Part shown: positions 28,886 through 37,875 of the stretch, piece by piece | Position numbering within the stretch: the stretch's first letter is position 1 | How the letters are laid out: each line of letters starts with the position of its first letter | Source: Clostridiales bacterium | GTDB lineage: Bacteria; Bacillota; Clostridia; Oscillospirales; Oscillospiraceae | Assembly (NCBI GenBank): GCA_021203325.1 | Contig: JAJQBL010000007.1 | Location: 4,285 to 68,284 of the forward strand | Reading direction: 5' to 3' | DNA: 64,000 bases | Notes under the pieces: model-generated | The model's input: only the letters and a program-made list of their open reading frames with translations | Told to the model about the DNA's origin: nothing | The model's database searches: none | Translations under genes and position numbers: made by a program

Positions 28886-29422
28886 TCATTTCATTCCATG
28901 TGACGCTAAAAAAGCGGCCATCTCTTCCCCGGACTCCTGCATCCCACGGGCAACCCATTCCTCGATCCAGCCATAGGTGCCGTAGGTAATAAAAGAGGTG
29001 ATATACGCCCAGGTGTTGTCGTACTCAGATTTGGGGCCGGACTGCTCCAACAGCACGGAAAGAAACAGGTGAAAGAGGTTCCTCTTTTTCAGGAGCAGAT
29101 AAAAATCCTTGTTGTCGCTCAGGTGCCGGAACAGACTGCCGTAGAGGTTTGCATTTGAACCCTTGCCCTTCTTTTGATACTCTGCATCCCAATCTAAAAA
29201 AAGGCGGCGGATGTATTTGAGCAGAATATCCTCCCTGCTCTTATAATTTCGATAAAATGAGTTCCTGCTCACCTGTGCGAGGGCGGTGACCTGGCTGATG
29301 GATATTTCCTCAAATTCATGCTGCTCCAGCAGCTTCAGCAGCGCCTCGGTGATTTGTTTTTTTACATAGGTGTTCTTTTCTTCGTTGTTCACGATGGTAC
29401 AAACCTCCCTGTTTTGTGCCAT
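28886..29422 (-). CDS. TetR/AcrR-family transcriptional regulator
   Basis: N-terminal HTH (ISISQVTALAQVSRNSFYRNYKSREDIL). The start is uncertain: ATG at 29422 or a GTG a few codons downstream. Confidence 0.85.
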   Translation of the reverse strand: MAQNREVCTIVNNEEKNTYVKKQITEALLKLLEQHEFEEISISQVTALAQVSRNSFYRNYKSREDILLKYIRRLFLDWDAEYQKKGKGSNANLYGSLFRHLSDNKDFYLLLKKRNLFHLFLSVLLEQSGPKSEYDNTWAYITSFITYGTYGWIEEWVARGMQESGEEMAAFLASHGMK

Positions 29423-29544
29423 TTTTGTGCGGGGTCTTGACCTCAACAAAAATAGATGGTACAATCGTTACATCTTGATAATACAACTGTTGCATCGGTT
29501 TGTCAAGAGAGAAATTGTAACAAAAAGGAACGGAGGAGAATTTG

Positions 29545-29685
29545 ATGGAGCGGTTTTTCACAAGGAAACGGATCATCATTCTATTGATCGTCATCGTGCT
29601 GGGGGTGCTTTTAGGGAGGCTGGCGGTCAGAGCTTTCCTGAACCTGATGGTTGGCGGAACATTGTTTGGAGGTAACTTTCTATGA
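29545..29685 (+). CDS. Small single-TM protein (46 aa), below the ORF-track cutoff
   Basis: GGAGGAG lies 6 nt before the ATG at 29545. The product is MERFFTRKRIIILLIVIVLGVLLGRLAVRAFLNLMVGGTLFGGNFL. Its stop overlaps the next gene's ATG (ATGA), suggesting translational coupling. Confidence 0.4.
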   Translation: MERFFTRKRIIILLIVIVLGVLLGRLAVRAFLNLMVGGTLFGGNFL

Positions 29686-30659
29686 GCAGAGAGAAGAAAA
29701 AACATAACCGGCGGGGACTGTTTATCTTGCTGTGCATTGCGGTATTCCTTGTATCGTTTTTCGGCTCAGTCATCTTCAAGGTGTCCTATACCTCCCCGGC
29801 GCAGGCGGCATACACCGTTGACTGGAGTGATGAAGTCGGAACCGTGTACACCGACCTGACTTATGGAGACGAGGAAGCAAACAAATTTGATTTATATGTG
29901 CCTGCGGATAATACAAAGGAAACTTATGGACTGGTTGTATACCTTCATGCAGGCGGCTTTACCACCGGCGATAAGTCGGACGATGAAGGAACCCTGCAGT
30001 GGCTCTGCTCCAAAGGTTATGTCGCCGCCGGCATCAACTACACCCTGCGGGATGAGGACCACCCGGACGCGAGCGTGTACTCTCAGTCCATGGAGATCAA
30101 AAGCAGCATTTCTGCCGTGGTCGAGGCCGCCGCTGAGTTGGGCTACAACCTGGACGCCATGGCTATCGGCGGAGGGAGCGCCGGAGGAACGCTGGCCATG
30201 CTCTACGCCTATCGGGATGCGGACGAGTCCCCCATTCCTGTGACCGTGCTCTTTGAGGCCGTCGGCCCATCCAGCTTTTACGCGGAGGACTGGACGTCCT
30301 ACGGACTGGATCAGGACGCCGAAGCCGCCGCCTATCTGTTCAGCGTGATGGCCGGAACGGAAGTCACTGCAGATATGCTCGGCACAGAGGAATACGAAGA
30401 AGCTATACGCCCTATCTCCGGCTATATGTGGGTCACGGAAAATTCCGTGCCGACGGTCTGCGCCTATGGTGCGTATGATAAGGTATGCCCCTTTGAGTCC
30501 GCAAAATGGCTGGTGAACGCATTGGAGGAAAACGGCGTGACCCATGAATATATCGAATTTCCCCATTCCGGCCATGCTTTGCAAAACGACAACAAGCTGT
30601 ATCTGCAATATATGCAGACCATTGAGGAATACCTGGCGGCATATCTGCCGATAGAATAA
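29682..30659 (+). CDS. Alpha/beta hydrolase (esterase/lipase, HGG(F) type) with N-terminal TM anchor
   Basis: VVYLHAGGF oxyanion motif and a GGSAGG nucleophile elbow (GxSxG). The N-terminal hydrophobic segment is LFILLCIAVFLVSFFGSVIF. Confidence 0.85.
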   Translation: MSREKKKHNRRGLFILLCIAVFLVSFFGSVIFKVSYTSPAQAAYTVDWSDEVGTVYTDLTYGDEEANKFDLYVPADNTKETYGLVVYLHAGGFTTGDKSDDEGTLQWLCSKGYVAAGINYTLRDEDHPDASVYSQSMEIKSSISAVVEAAAELGYNLDAMAIGGGSAGGTLAMLYAYRDADESPIPVTVLFEAVGPSSFYAEDWTSYGLDQDAEAAAYLFSVMAGTEVTADMLGTEEYEEAIRPISGYMWVTENSVPTVCAYGAYDKVCPFESAKWLVNALEENGVTHEYIEFPHSGHALQNDNKLYLQYMQTIEEYLAAYLPIE

Positions 30660-30671
30660 GGAGAGAGGAAG

Positions 30672-31601
30672 ATGAAAAAAGTGTTGAAGGTAGTCGGCAT
30701 TATACTCCTGGTGATTGTTGTTTTGATTGCTGTGCTTATTTACTGGATAACGCATATCGACAGTTCGGTGAAGGAGAATTACCGTGACAGCATAGAAACC
30801 GGCGGCACCATCGAAGCGGCCTATCTGGAGGACGGCCCCTACGCTACCTCCTATTATGAACAGACCGCCGTGCAGGTCTTTGAGAAGTACGAAATCAGCT
30901 ATCCGACAGAGTTGGAGACGGAGGACAAAACATATCCTGTCATTGTCGTATGCAATGGGACAGGATGGAAAGGCTCTTTGTCCAAGGCACAGTATCAGTT
31001 CTACGCTTCCTACGGCTTTATCGTCATAGCCACGGAGGAGACCTATTCCTGGAATGCCTTCGGCGCTGAAATGTGCATCCGTTATCTGGAGCTTCTGAAT
31101 GAATACATAGATGACGAAGGAAATCCGAGTATTTTTTATCAGAAGATCGACTTTGACAATGTGGGTATCATCGGTCATTCTCAGGGCGGCGTTGGAGTGA
31201 TCAACGCCATTACCAATACCGACCACAAGGATATTTACAAGGCTGCCGTGGCGCTGTCGCCCACGAACTATGAGTTGGCAGTCGCGTGTCAATGGCCTTA
31301 TGATGCCACACAGATTGATATACCGATCCTGTTGATGTCCGGAGCCGGTGGAGGCGATGATTGGGTCGTAACGCTGGAGGGACTGACTGAGATTTACGAT
31401 ATGATACCGGGAGACAAGGTAATGGCAAGAAGGTGTGATACAGCACATGGTCTCACCGGCGTTTCTGAGGACGGCTATGTAATAGCGTGGTTTATGTGGC
31501 AGCTCCAGGGTGACGAGGAAGCAGCAAAGGCGTTTGCCGGAGAAGCTGCGGAACTGCTGAATAACGCTCTCTATCAGGACGTGCAAATCGATATAGACTA
31601 A
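30672..31601 (+). CDS. Alpha/beta hydrolase (dienelactone-hydrolase/cutinase-like) with N-terminal TM anchor
   Basis: GHSQGG nucleophile elbow. N-terminal anchor VVGIILLVIVVLIAVLIYWI. Confidence 0.75.
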   Translation: MKKVLKVVGIILLVIVVLIAVLIYWITHIDSSVKENYRDSIETGGTIEAAYLEDGPYATSYYEQTAVQVFEKYEISYPTELETEDKTYPVIVVCNGTGWKGSLSKAQYQFYASYGFIVIATEETYSWNAFGAEMCIRYLELLNEYIDDEGNPSIFYQKIDFDNVGIIGHSQGGVGVINAITNTDHKDIYKAAVALSPTNYELAVACQWPYDATQIDIPILLMSGAGGGDDWVVTLEGLTEIYDMIPGDKVMARRCDTAHGLTGVSEDGYVIAWFMWQLQGDEEAAKAFAGEAAELLNNALYQDVQIDID

Positions 31602-31640
31602 AGTGATGCTGTTCCGAATGATGAACGGAGGGATGTGACA

Positions 31641-31889
31641 ATGAAGCGGATGACTTTTAAAATGCAGTTATATATCAGCGCTGCATTGATTCTCATTGGG
31701 AATCTGCTGTCCACTTTATTAAAAAGCGGGATATTATGTAATATTGCATGGATACTGAGTGGCCTTTTATACATTCTTCATCCTGTATGTCCATCGGTCT
31801 CAGCAAATAACCCCAGAATGGAAAGGGCTGTCAGGATTGCTGGTGTGATTCTGATTTTGATCGGCGTGTTGATTCGATTCCAAGTATAG
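31641..31889 (+). CDS. Small membrane protein (82 aa)
   Basis: GGAGGG lies 8 nt before the ATG at 31641. Three hydrophobic segments. No family recognised. Confidence 0.5.
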   Translation: MKRMTFKMQLYISAALILIGNLLSTLLKSGILCNIAWILSGLLYILHPVCPSVSANNPRMERAVRIAGVILILIGVLIRFQV

Positions 31890-31914
31890 CGATCAGACAT
31901 TGAATAATAGTAAC

Positions 31915-31955
31915 GGCAAAAAAGTCCAGGCCCTCACACCGAGGTCCTGGACTTT
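31915..31955 (-). terminator. Intrinsic terminator of tagD (hairpin also faces the plus-strand islet)
   Basis: Stem aaagtccagg / cctggacttt. On the minus strand it is followed by a T-run (plus-strand A-run 31917-31923). Confidence 0.55.
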
Positions 31956-32028
31956 CCGCCGGTAGCGGCAAACCAATCGAAAAACCCGCGACCTCCCCGG
32001 TTTCAGGAAGGGCGCGGGCCTTGCTGTA

Positions 32029-32427
32029 TCATTCGTTTTTGTTCAAATCCTGCTTGATTTGGGTGGTGCTGACCTCCGGCGTCCGGGGGAGGTACACCAC
32101 CTCTACCCCTTCCTCCTTCAGGAAGTCGAATTTGCCCTGCCAGTCGTCCCCAATCACGAAGGTGTCGATGTGATACTCGTGCATATCGCTGCGCTTCTGG
32201 GCCCAGGAGGTCTCCGGGATGACCAGGTCCACATAGCGGATGGCCTCCACCAGGGCCTTGCGCTGCTCGTAGGTGAAGTAGCACTTCTTCCCCTTCTCCT
32301 GCCAGTTGAATTCATCGGTGGACAGGGCGACGATGAGGTAGTCCCCCTGGGCTTTGGCCCGGCGGAGCAGATTGATATGGCCGTAGTGCAGCAGGTCAAA
32401 GGTGCCGTATGTGATAACGCGCTTCAT
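32029..32427 (-). CDS. tagD: Glycerol-3-phosphate cytidylyltransferase
   Basis: MKRVITYGTFDLLHYGHINLLRRAK ... RTPEVSTTQIK; the cytidylyltransferase HxGH motif is present. Confidence 0.92.
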   Translation of the reverse strand: MKRVITYGTFDLLHYGHINLLRRAKAQGDYLIVALSTDEFNWQEKGKKCYFTYEQRKALVEAIRYVDLVIPETSWAQKRSDMHEYHIDTFVIGDDWQGKFDFLKEEGVEVVYLPRTPEVSTTQIKQDLNKNE

Positions 32428-32573
32428 AGTTCCCATTCCTTTATCCGTTCACCCCCAGGCCGCGGCCCGTGGTGGAGTGATGTACCTGTATTATACCCAA
32501 AGGCGGGGGCAAATGCAACCGCCCTTCGCCGGGAAATGGGGAACCGGCGCGATACGGCTGGCGGCTCCCTCTC

Positions 32574-34232
32574 TCAGAAGTTCAGGCGCTGAATCGCCAT
32601 CAGGATGGAGGGCATGGTCTGCTTCTTCCGGCTCAGTACGCCGGGCAGGATGGCGCTGCCGTCCGCCGCCGTCACGTTGAAGGCGTCCTGCACCACATCC
32701 TGGCTGCCCTCCCCCAGGTAGAGCAGCTCGGTACACTCCTCCATGATGTCCGTCAGCATCAGGAACATCATATCCAGGTGGGTGCGCTCCTTCACCATGG
32801 TCATGTAGGGCAGGAGGCGCTTCTTCAGCTTCTCGGTGTTCTCCTTCCCGATGACGCTGACCTGGCCGATGCCGAACTTCAGCTCGTCGGCGTTGAAGGT
32901 CTTGAAGTCCTGATAGAAGATCTCCTCCTCCGTCTTGTCGTCCGTCCGGCAGCCGGCGGCGAACATATTCCGGGCGTGCTCCTCCGTGTCGATGCCCGCG
33001 ATGCCTGCCAGCTCCTGGGCAATCATCTTATCCACCGGCGTGCAGGTGGGGGAACGGAAGGCCAGCGTGTCGGAGAGGATGGCGGAGCACAGCAGCCCCG
33101 CCGTGTTGGGGTCGATCTCCACATTGTTTTCCTTGTACATCATGGTGACGATGGTGGCGGTGCAGCCCAGGGGCATATTCCGGAACAGCACCGGCTGCAG
33201 GGTCTGGATGCCGCCGATGCGGTGATGGTCGATGATCTCCACGATTTCCGCCGCGTCGATGCCGTCCACGGCCTGGGTCTTTTCGTTGTGGTCCACCAGA
33301 ATGACCTGCTGCCGCTGCATATCCAGCAAGTTCCGCTGAGAGATCAGCCCCACGAAACGGCCGTCGTTGTCCACCACCGGAAAGTACCGGATTCTGCGCT
33401 TCGTCATGACCTGGCGGATGTCCGTCACAAAGTCGTTCTGACGGAAGGAGACAATCTCCCGCTCTCCCCGCATGACGTGGCGCACCGGCATGGACAGGTT
33501 GATCAGATGGGCCACCTTGAAGGTGTCATAGGGGGTCAGGATGATGACGCAGTGGTTCTCCTCCGCCAGGGCGCGAATCAGCTTGGAGATCTCCTCCCCC
33601 TGGCAAAGGCAGACGATGAGCCATTTGGCTCCGCACTCGATGGCGGACAGCAGGGCGCCGGAGCGGTTGCCCACGATGACCATGCTGTTCTGGGTGACGA
33701 ACTGGGAGAAAATTCCCTCGTTGGCGGCGGCGATGCAGACGCTGCCCTCCTCGAACACATCGTCCATGCTGCCCACCACCAGCTCACCGGCCAGGGTGTC
33801 CACAATGTTCCGGGCGCTGACCCGGGAGCCGGACAGGGTGGTGGCGGCGTGGTCCTCCATGGAGGACCGGGCCAGGTCGCCCTGGGTCACCAGGCCCACC
33901 AGGTGGCTCTCCTCATTCAGGATGGGCAGGGTGCGGAGGTTGTCGTCCCGCATCTTGTCCCAGGCCCGGAGCAGGCTGGTCTCCGTCGTGACCCCCTCTG
34001 TGGTACGCATATTCACGTCATGCACCCTGGGCTCCAGGGTGTCGATGTAATCCGGCGGGGGCACCTGAAAGGTGTCCAGCACATATTCCGTCTCCTGATT
34101 GACCCGGCCGCAGCGCCTGGGCTGGTAGTCCTCCCCGGTGAGTCTGGTCTTCAGCCGGGCATAGGCGATGGCGGAACAGATGGAATCCGTATCGGGGTTT
34201 TTATGTCCAATGACAATGGTTGGTTTTGTCAT
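32574..34232 (-). CDS. Family II (DHH) inorganic pyrophosphatase with CBS/DRTGG insert
   Basis: GHKNPDTDSICSAIAYA N-terminus, internal CBS pair, DHH (VDHNE) and DHHA2 C-terminal region. The start MTKPTIV at 34232 was chosen. Confidence 0.88.
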   Translation of the reverse strand: MTKPTIVIGHKNPDTDSICSAIAYARLKTRLTGEDYQPRRCGRVNQETEYVLDTFQVPPPDYIDTLEPRVHDVNMRTTEGVTTETSLLRAWDKMRDDNLRTLPILNEESHLVGLVTQGDLARSSMEDHAATTLSGSRVSARNIVDTLAGELVVGSMDDVFEEGSVCIAAANEGIFSQFVTQNSMVIVGNRSGALLSAIECGAKWLIVCLCQGEEISKLIRALAEENHCVIILTPYDTFKVAHLINLSMPVRHVMRGEREIVSFRQNDFVTDIRQVMTKRRIRYFPVVDNDGRFVGLISQRNLLDMQRQQVILVDHNEKTQAVDGIDAAEIVEIIDHHRIGGIQTLQPVLFRNMPLGCTATIVTMMYKENNVEIDPNTAGLLCSAILSDTLAFRSPTCTPVDKMIAQELAGIAGIDTEEHARNMFAAGCRTDDKTEEEIFYQDFKTFNADELKFGIGQVSVIGKENTEKLKKRLLPYMTMVKERTHLDMMFLMLTDIMEECTELLYLGEGSQDVVQDAFNVTAADGSAILPGVLSRKKQTMPSILMAIQRLNF

Positions 34233-34356
34233 ATGCTCACGCATCCTTTATCACTCACAAGATAGGGGTAGTTTACCATGTTTCCTGTTTTGTTTCAATA
34301 CCCGTTTCTGTAAAAAAATGGCATGGAAAACGCCCGCATTTCCCGCAGTATGCCCC

Positions 34357-35319
34357 CTACTTCTGCACGAACCGCCGGGTCTCCGCCAGGGGACAGCTGG
34401 CAAGCAGCCAGTCCACCGCGCCCTCGTATTCCGCCAGGCGCTGGGCCTTGCGGAGGCGCTTCATGGCCTTTTCGCAGCCCGCGAAGCTGGCCTGCCAGTA
34501 GCTCCACAGCTCCTTCATCTTATGCAGCACCGGCTTTTCCCCGGACAGCGCCCCCTGATAGTCCCGGTAGAGCCGGTCGTGGAAGGCCCGAAACGCCGCC
34601 CCGTCGATGGGGGCCTCCCCCCGCAGCTCCCCCAGGAGGCCGGGATTGGCGATCAGTCCCCGGCCCAGCATGACCCGGTCCACCGTGGGGAACCGGCGCT
34701 GAAAGGCCGCCACATCCTCCGCCGTGAACAGGTCGCCGTTGTAACACACCGGCATCTTTGCCATGGCCAGCCCCCGGGCGAACCAGGCCGTCCGCACCGG
34801 CCCCCGGTAAAAATCCCGCTGGATGCGGGGGTGAATGATCAGCTCCGACACCGGATAGCGGTTGTACAGCTCCATCAGCTCCGGGAACTCCTCCGGGTCG
34901 TCCTTCCCCAGCCGGGTCTTAATGGAGATGCGCAGGTCGGGCAGGGCGGCAAAAATGCCGTCCAGCAGCGGCTCCAGCAGGTCCCACTCCGCCAGGAGGC
35001 CGCTGCCCTTCCGCTTGGCCACCACCGTACCGGAGGGACAGCCCAGGTTCAGGTTGACCTCCTCATATCCCAGCTGCTGCAGCCTCCGGGCGGCCGCAAT
35101 AAAGGGTTCCGGCCGGTTGGTCAGCAGCTGGGGCACCAGGTCAAGCCCCCGGTTCTGCTCCGGCTGCACATCCCGCAGCTCCTTCGTGTGCAGGCCCTGG
35201 CTCTCCGTGGGGGTGATGAAGGGGGTAAAGTAGCGGTCCGCCGGGGAGAACTGCGCCCGCCAGGCGTTGCGGTACAGGGCGTTGGTGATGCCCTCCATCG
35301 GGGCAAAATAGTAACGCAC
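34357..35319 (-). CDS. tRNA-dihydrouridine synthase family protein
   Basis: FAPMEGIT ... NLNLGCPS motifs. The GTG at 35319 sits 8 nt after GGAG. The track start (TTG at 35325) is too close to the RBS. Confidence 0.85.
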   Translation of the reverse strand: MRYYFAPMEGITNALYRNAWRAQFSPADRYFTPFITPTESQGLHTKELRDVQPEQNRGLDLVPQLLTNRPEPFIAAARRLQQLGYEEVNLNLGCPSGTVVAKRKGSGLLAEWDLLEPLLDGIFAALPDLRISIKTRLGKDDPEEFPELMELYNRYPVSELIIHPRIQRDFYRGPVRTAWFARGLAMAKMPVCYNGDLFTAEDVAAFQRRFPTVDRVMLGRGLIANPGLLGELRGEAPIDGAAFRAFHDRLYRDYQGALSGEKPVLHKMKELWSYWQASFAGCEKAMKRLRKAQRLAEYEGAVDWLLASCPLAETRRFVQK

Positions 35320-35346
35320 AGACAATGCTCCTTTCCGTCCCAGCGG

Positions 35347-35964
35347 TCAGGCGGGCAGGCTGGCGGCGCCTTTGCCGTCCGGCTCCAGCCCACAGGCGTG
35401 GGCGAAGCGGCCCTCCACCACACAGGTGGCCAGCCGGGCCATGTGGGCGGGGGTTTCGGCAAATCCGCCTCGGCACCAGTCCTCTACCAGGCGGACACAG
35501 CCGGAGGAGATGAAATGATACATCATGCCCAGGGAGGCCGGGTCGCTCTCCGCGCCCCCAACGTCCTCCGCCGGCCGGATGCAGCGGATGAACCGTTCGT
35601 TCCACTGGGTCAGCGGCTGCAACAGGTCGTTGCGAACCAGCGCCTCCACTATCTCTTTCAGGCTGTAGCAAAACTCAAAATAGTGGAGGAAGCCACTGCT
35701 CAAGCTCCGGGACGGCGGCATCGTCTCCTGAAACGCGGCCCAAATGCGCTCGGAGAACCGCTCCAGCAGGCTGTCCTTGTTCTTGAAATACTTGTAAAAC
35801 GTGTTTCTGGAGAGGCCCACGGCATGACAAAGCTCGCTGACGGTGATGTCCCGGTAGGGCCGGGTTTTCATCAGCTCGAACAATGTAGCCAGAAAATAAT
35901 CCACGCTGTCCTGCATGGCGTAGTGCTGAAAGAAACGCTGTGAGGATGTGACGGAACCGTCCAT
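35347..35964 (-). CDS. TetR/AcrR-family transcriptional regulator
   Basis: HTH region ITVSELCHAVGLSRNTFYKYFKNKDSLL. It is divergent from the GH79-like gene. Confidence 0.85.
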   Translation of the reverse strand: MDGSVTSSQRFFQHYAMQDSVDYFLATLFELMKTRPYRDITVSELCHAVGLSRNTFYKYFKNKDSLLERFSERIWAAFQETMPPSRSLSSGFLHYFEFCYSLKEIVEALVRNDLLQPLTQWNERFIRCIRPAEDVGGAESDPASLGMMYHFISSGCVRLVEDWCRGGFAETPAHMARLATCVVEGRFAHACGLEPDGKGAASLPA

Positions 35965-36053
35965 GGCGGCAGCCCCCTTTCTTCTGGGATTATTGTAGCA
36001 TATTTCTGGTAATTTTCAACAAAAAAGTCAGGCATTTTTTGGACAGAAGGATG

Positions 36054-36071
36054 ACAGAATCCGGATTCTGT
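36054..36071. promoter_or_regulatory. Perfect 18-bp palindrome, candidate TetR operator
   Basis: ACAGAATCCGGATTCTGT lies in the divergent intergenic region, ~27 nt upstream of a TATAAT hexamer (36098-36103). Confidence 0.5.
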
Positions 36072-36221
36072 TTGTATGCAACCGGATTTGGAATTGTTAT
36101 AATAAAATCATCCTTAGATGATATGGCGCTCGGTCAGGCACGCCGGGCGGGAGGCATCACGGAGGAAACGAACGAAGCGACAACCGAATAAACGTGCCCA
36201 ACAGGGCGAAAGGAGACCAAT

Positions 36222-37742
36222 ATGGCTGAATTTGTCAAACTGAGTCCGGATACATTGCAGGCGTTGCGGGAAGGCAACCCGATGATGATGTCCTACAATG
36301 TGGAGTTCGCGGAGGTGACAGGCGGCACCTTCTGGAAGGCATACACGCCGGGACAGGTGGCCGGAACGGAGGAGTTCTATGTGGAGCCCACCGCCGAGGG
36401 CATCGCCGCCATGTACAAGGATCTGATGCAGGTCTATCCCCCCATCGACCTGTACAATGAGAAGCTCCGCGCCCTGGCGAAGGAACTGGGCCCCGTGTGG
36501 ATGCGGGTCTCCGGCACCTGGGCCACCAAGACTTACTATGACTTCGACGGCACCACCAACGGCAAGGTGCCGGAGGGCTATCTGAATGTGCTGATGAAGG
36601 AGCAGTGGATCGGTGTGCTGGACTTCGTGAAGGCGGTGGGGGCCAAGCTCATCGTCTCCGTGGCCAACTGCCCCGGCCTCCACTCTGCGGACGAGCCGTG
36701 GAACCCCTCCGAGGCGGAGAAGCTGTTCGGCCTGAGCAAGGAATACGGCGTACCCATCAACGCCGCCGAGTTCACCAACGAACCCAACATGATGGAGGAC
36801 ACCGGCTTCCCCGCAGGCTACACCCCGGCGGATTACCGGAGAGACCAGGATCTGTTCTTTAAGTGGCTGGATGAGAACTATCCCGACTGCATCAAGGTCG
36901 GCCCCAGCGACACCGGCGGCGCCAACGTCTCCTTCGGAAAAACCTCCGGCGGCGGCGTGGAGCAGATCGTCAGCGAGACCTGCACCTGCGACGAACTGAT
37001 GGACGGCACCACCGTGCCTCTGGACGTGTTCAGCTATCACTATTACAACGGCCTTTCCGAGCGGTTGGCCACTCTGTCTCCCTCCGGTCATTGGTCGCCT
37101 GATGAGGCCATCAGCGAGGAGTATCTGGACGCCGCCCCCAGCTTTGCCCGTACCTATGCCCCCCTGCGGGATAAGTACGTTCCCGGCGCGGAGATGTGGG
37201 TCACGGAGTCCGGCGATGTCGGCGGCGGTGGCGACACCTGGGCCTCTACCTTCCTGGATGTGTTCCGCACCCTGAACGAACTGGGTGGCTTCTCCGCCAT
37301 CACCAGCGGCGTCATCTTCCACAACACCCTGGCCTCCTCCGACTACGGCTTCCTGGCCCGCCAGGTCTTTGACCCCCGGCCCAACTACTTCGCCGTGCTG
37401 CTGTGGAACCGCCTGATGGGCACCACCGTCTACGACACCGGCGAACCCATCCGGGAGGGCGCCCACGTCTACGCCCACAGCCGGAAGGACGGCCAGGACG
37501 GCGTGGTCTATCTGGTCATCAACAACTCCCGCACTGAGGCCACCACGGTGGAGCTGCCCAGGGACGCCCAGCGCTACACCCTGGCCGGCGAGGGCGGCAA
37601 TATCCGTGCCACCGTCATGACCCTGAACGGCAAGCCCCTGGTGCTGGGCGAGGGCAACACCCTGCCTGAGATGGCTCCGGAGGCCCAGGCGGCGGGCACC
37701 GTCCAGGTCGCCCCCGGCACCTGCACCTTCTTCGTGCTGTAA
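36222..37742 (+). CDS. Glycoside hydrolase family 79-like (beta-glucuronidase/heparanase-like)
   Basis: AAEFTNEPN (acid/base NEP motif) and EMWVTESGDVGGGGDTWASTF, which resembles the heparanase nucleophile region WLGETSSAYGGG. No signal peptide is visible. Confidence 0.75.
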   Translation: MAEFVKLSPDTLQALREGNPMMMSYNVEFAEVTGGTFWKAYTPGQVAGTEEFYVEPTAEGIAAMYKDLMQVYPPIDLYNEKLRALAKELGPVWMRVSGTWATKTYYDFDGTTNGKVPEGYLNVLMKEQWIGVLDFVKAVGAKLIVSVANCPGLHSADEPWNPSEAEKLFGLSKEYGVPINAAEFTNEPNMMEDTGFPAGYTPADYRRDQDLFFKWLDENYPDCIKVGPSDTGGANVSFGKTSGGGVEQIVSETCTCDELMDGTTVPLDVFSYHYYNGLSERLATLSPSGHWSPDEAISEEYLDAAPSFARTYAPLRDKYVPGAEMWVTESGDVGGGGDTWASTFLDVFRTLNELGGFSAITSGVIFHNTLASSDYGFLARQVFDPRPNYFAVLLWNRLMGTTVYDTGEPIREGAHVYAHSRKDGQDGVVYLVINNSRTEATTVELPRDAQRYTLAGEGGNIRATVMTLNGKPLVLGEGNTLPEMAPEAQAAGTVQVAPGTCTFFVL

Positions 37743-37761
37743 CGCCTGAACAAAAACAGCA

Positions 37762-37846
37762 GGCCCAGCCCCACGGGGTTCCGTGGGGCTGGCCAGTACA
37801 ATCAAAACGCGAACCGGCGCAGCGAACCGCTGCGCCGGTTTTGTTT
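37762..37846. terminator. Two hairpins between the convergent GH79-like and ilvE genes
   Basis: agccccacgg-ggtt-ccgtggggct (37767-37790) and aaccggcgcagcg-aac-cgctgcgccggtt (37812-37840), followed by ttttgttt. Confidence 0.6.
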
Positions 37847-37875
37847 CAATATGATGTTCTAAACGGAACCCGGCC

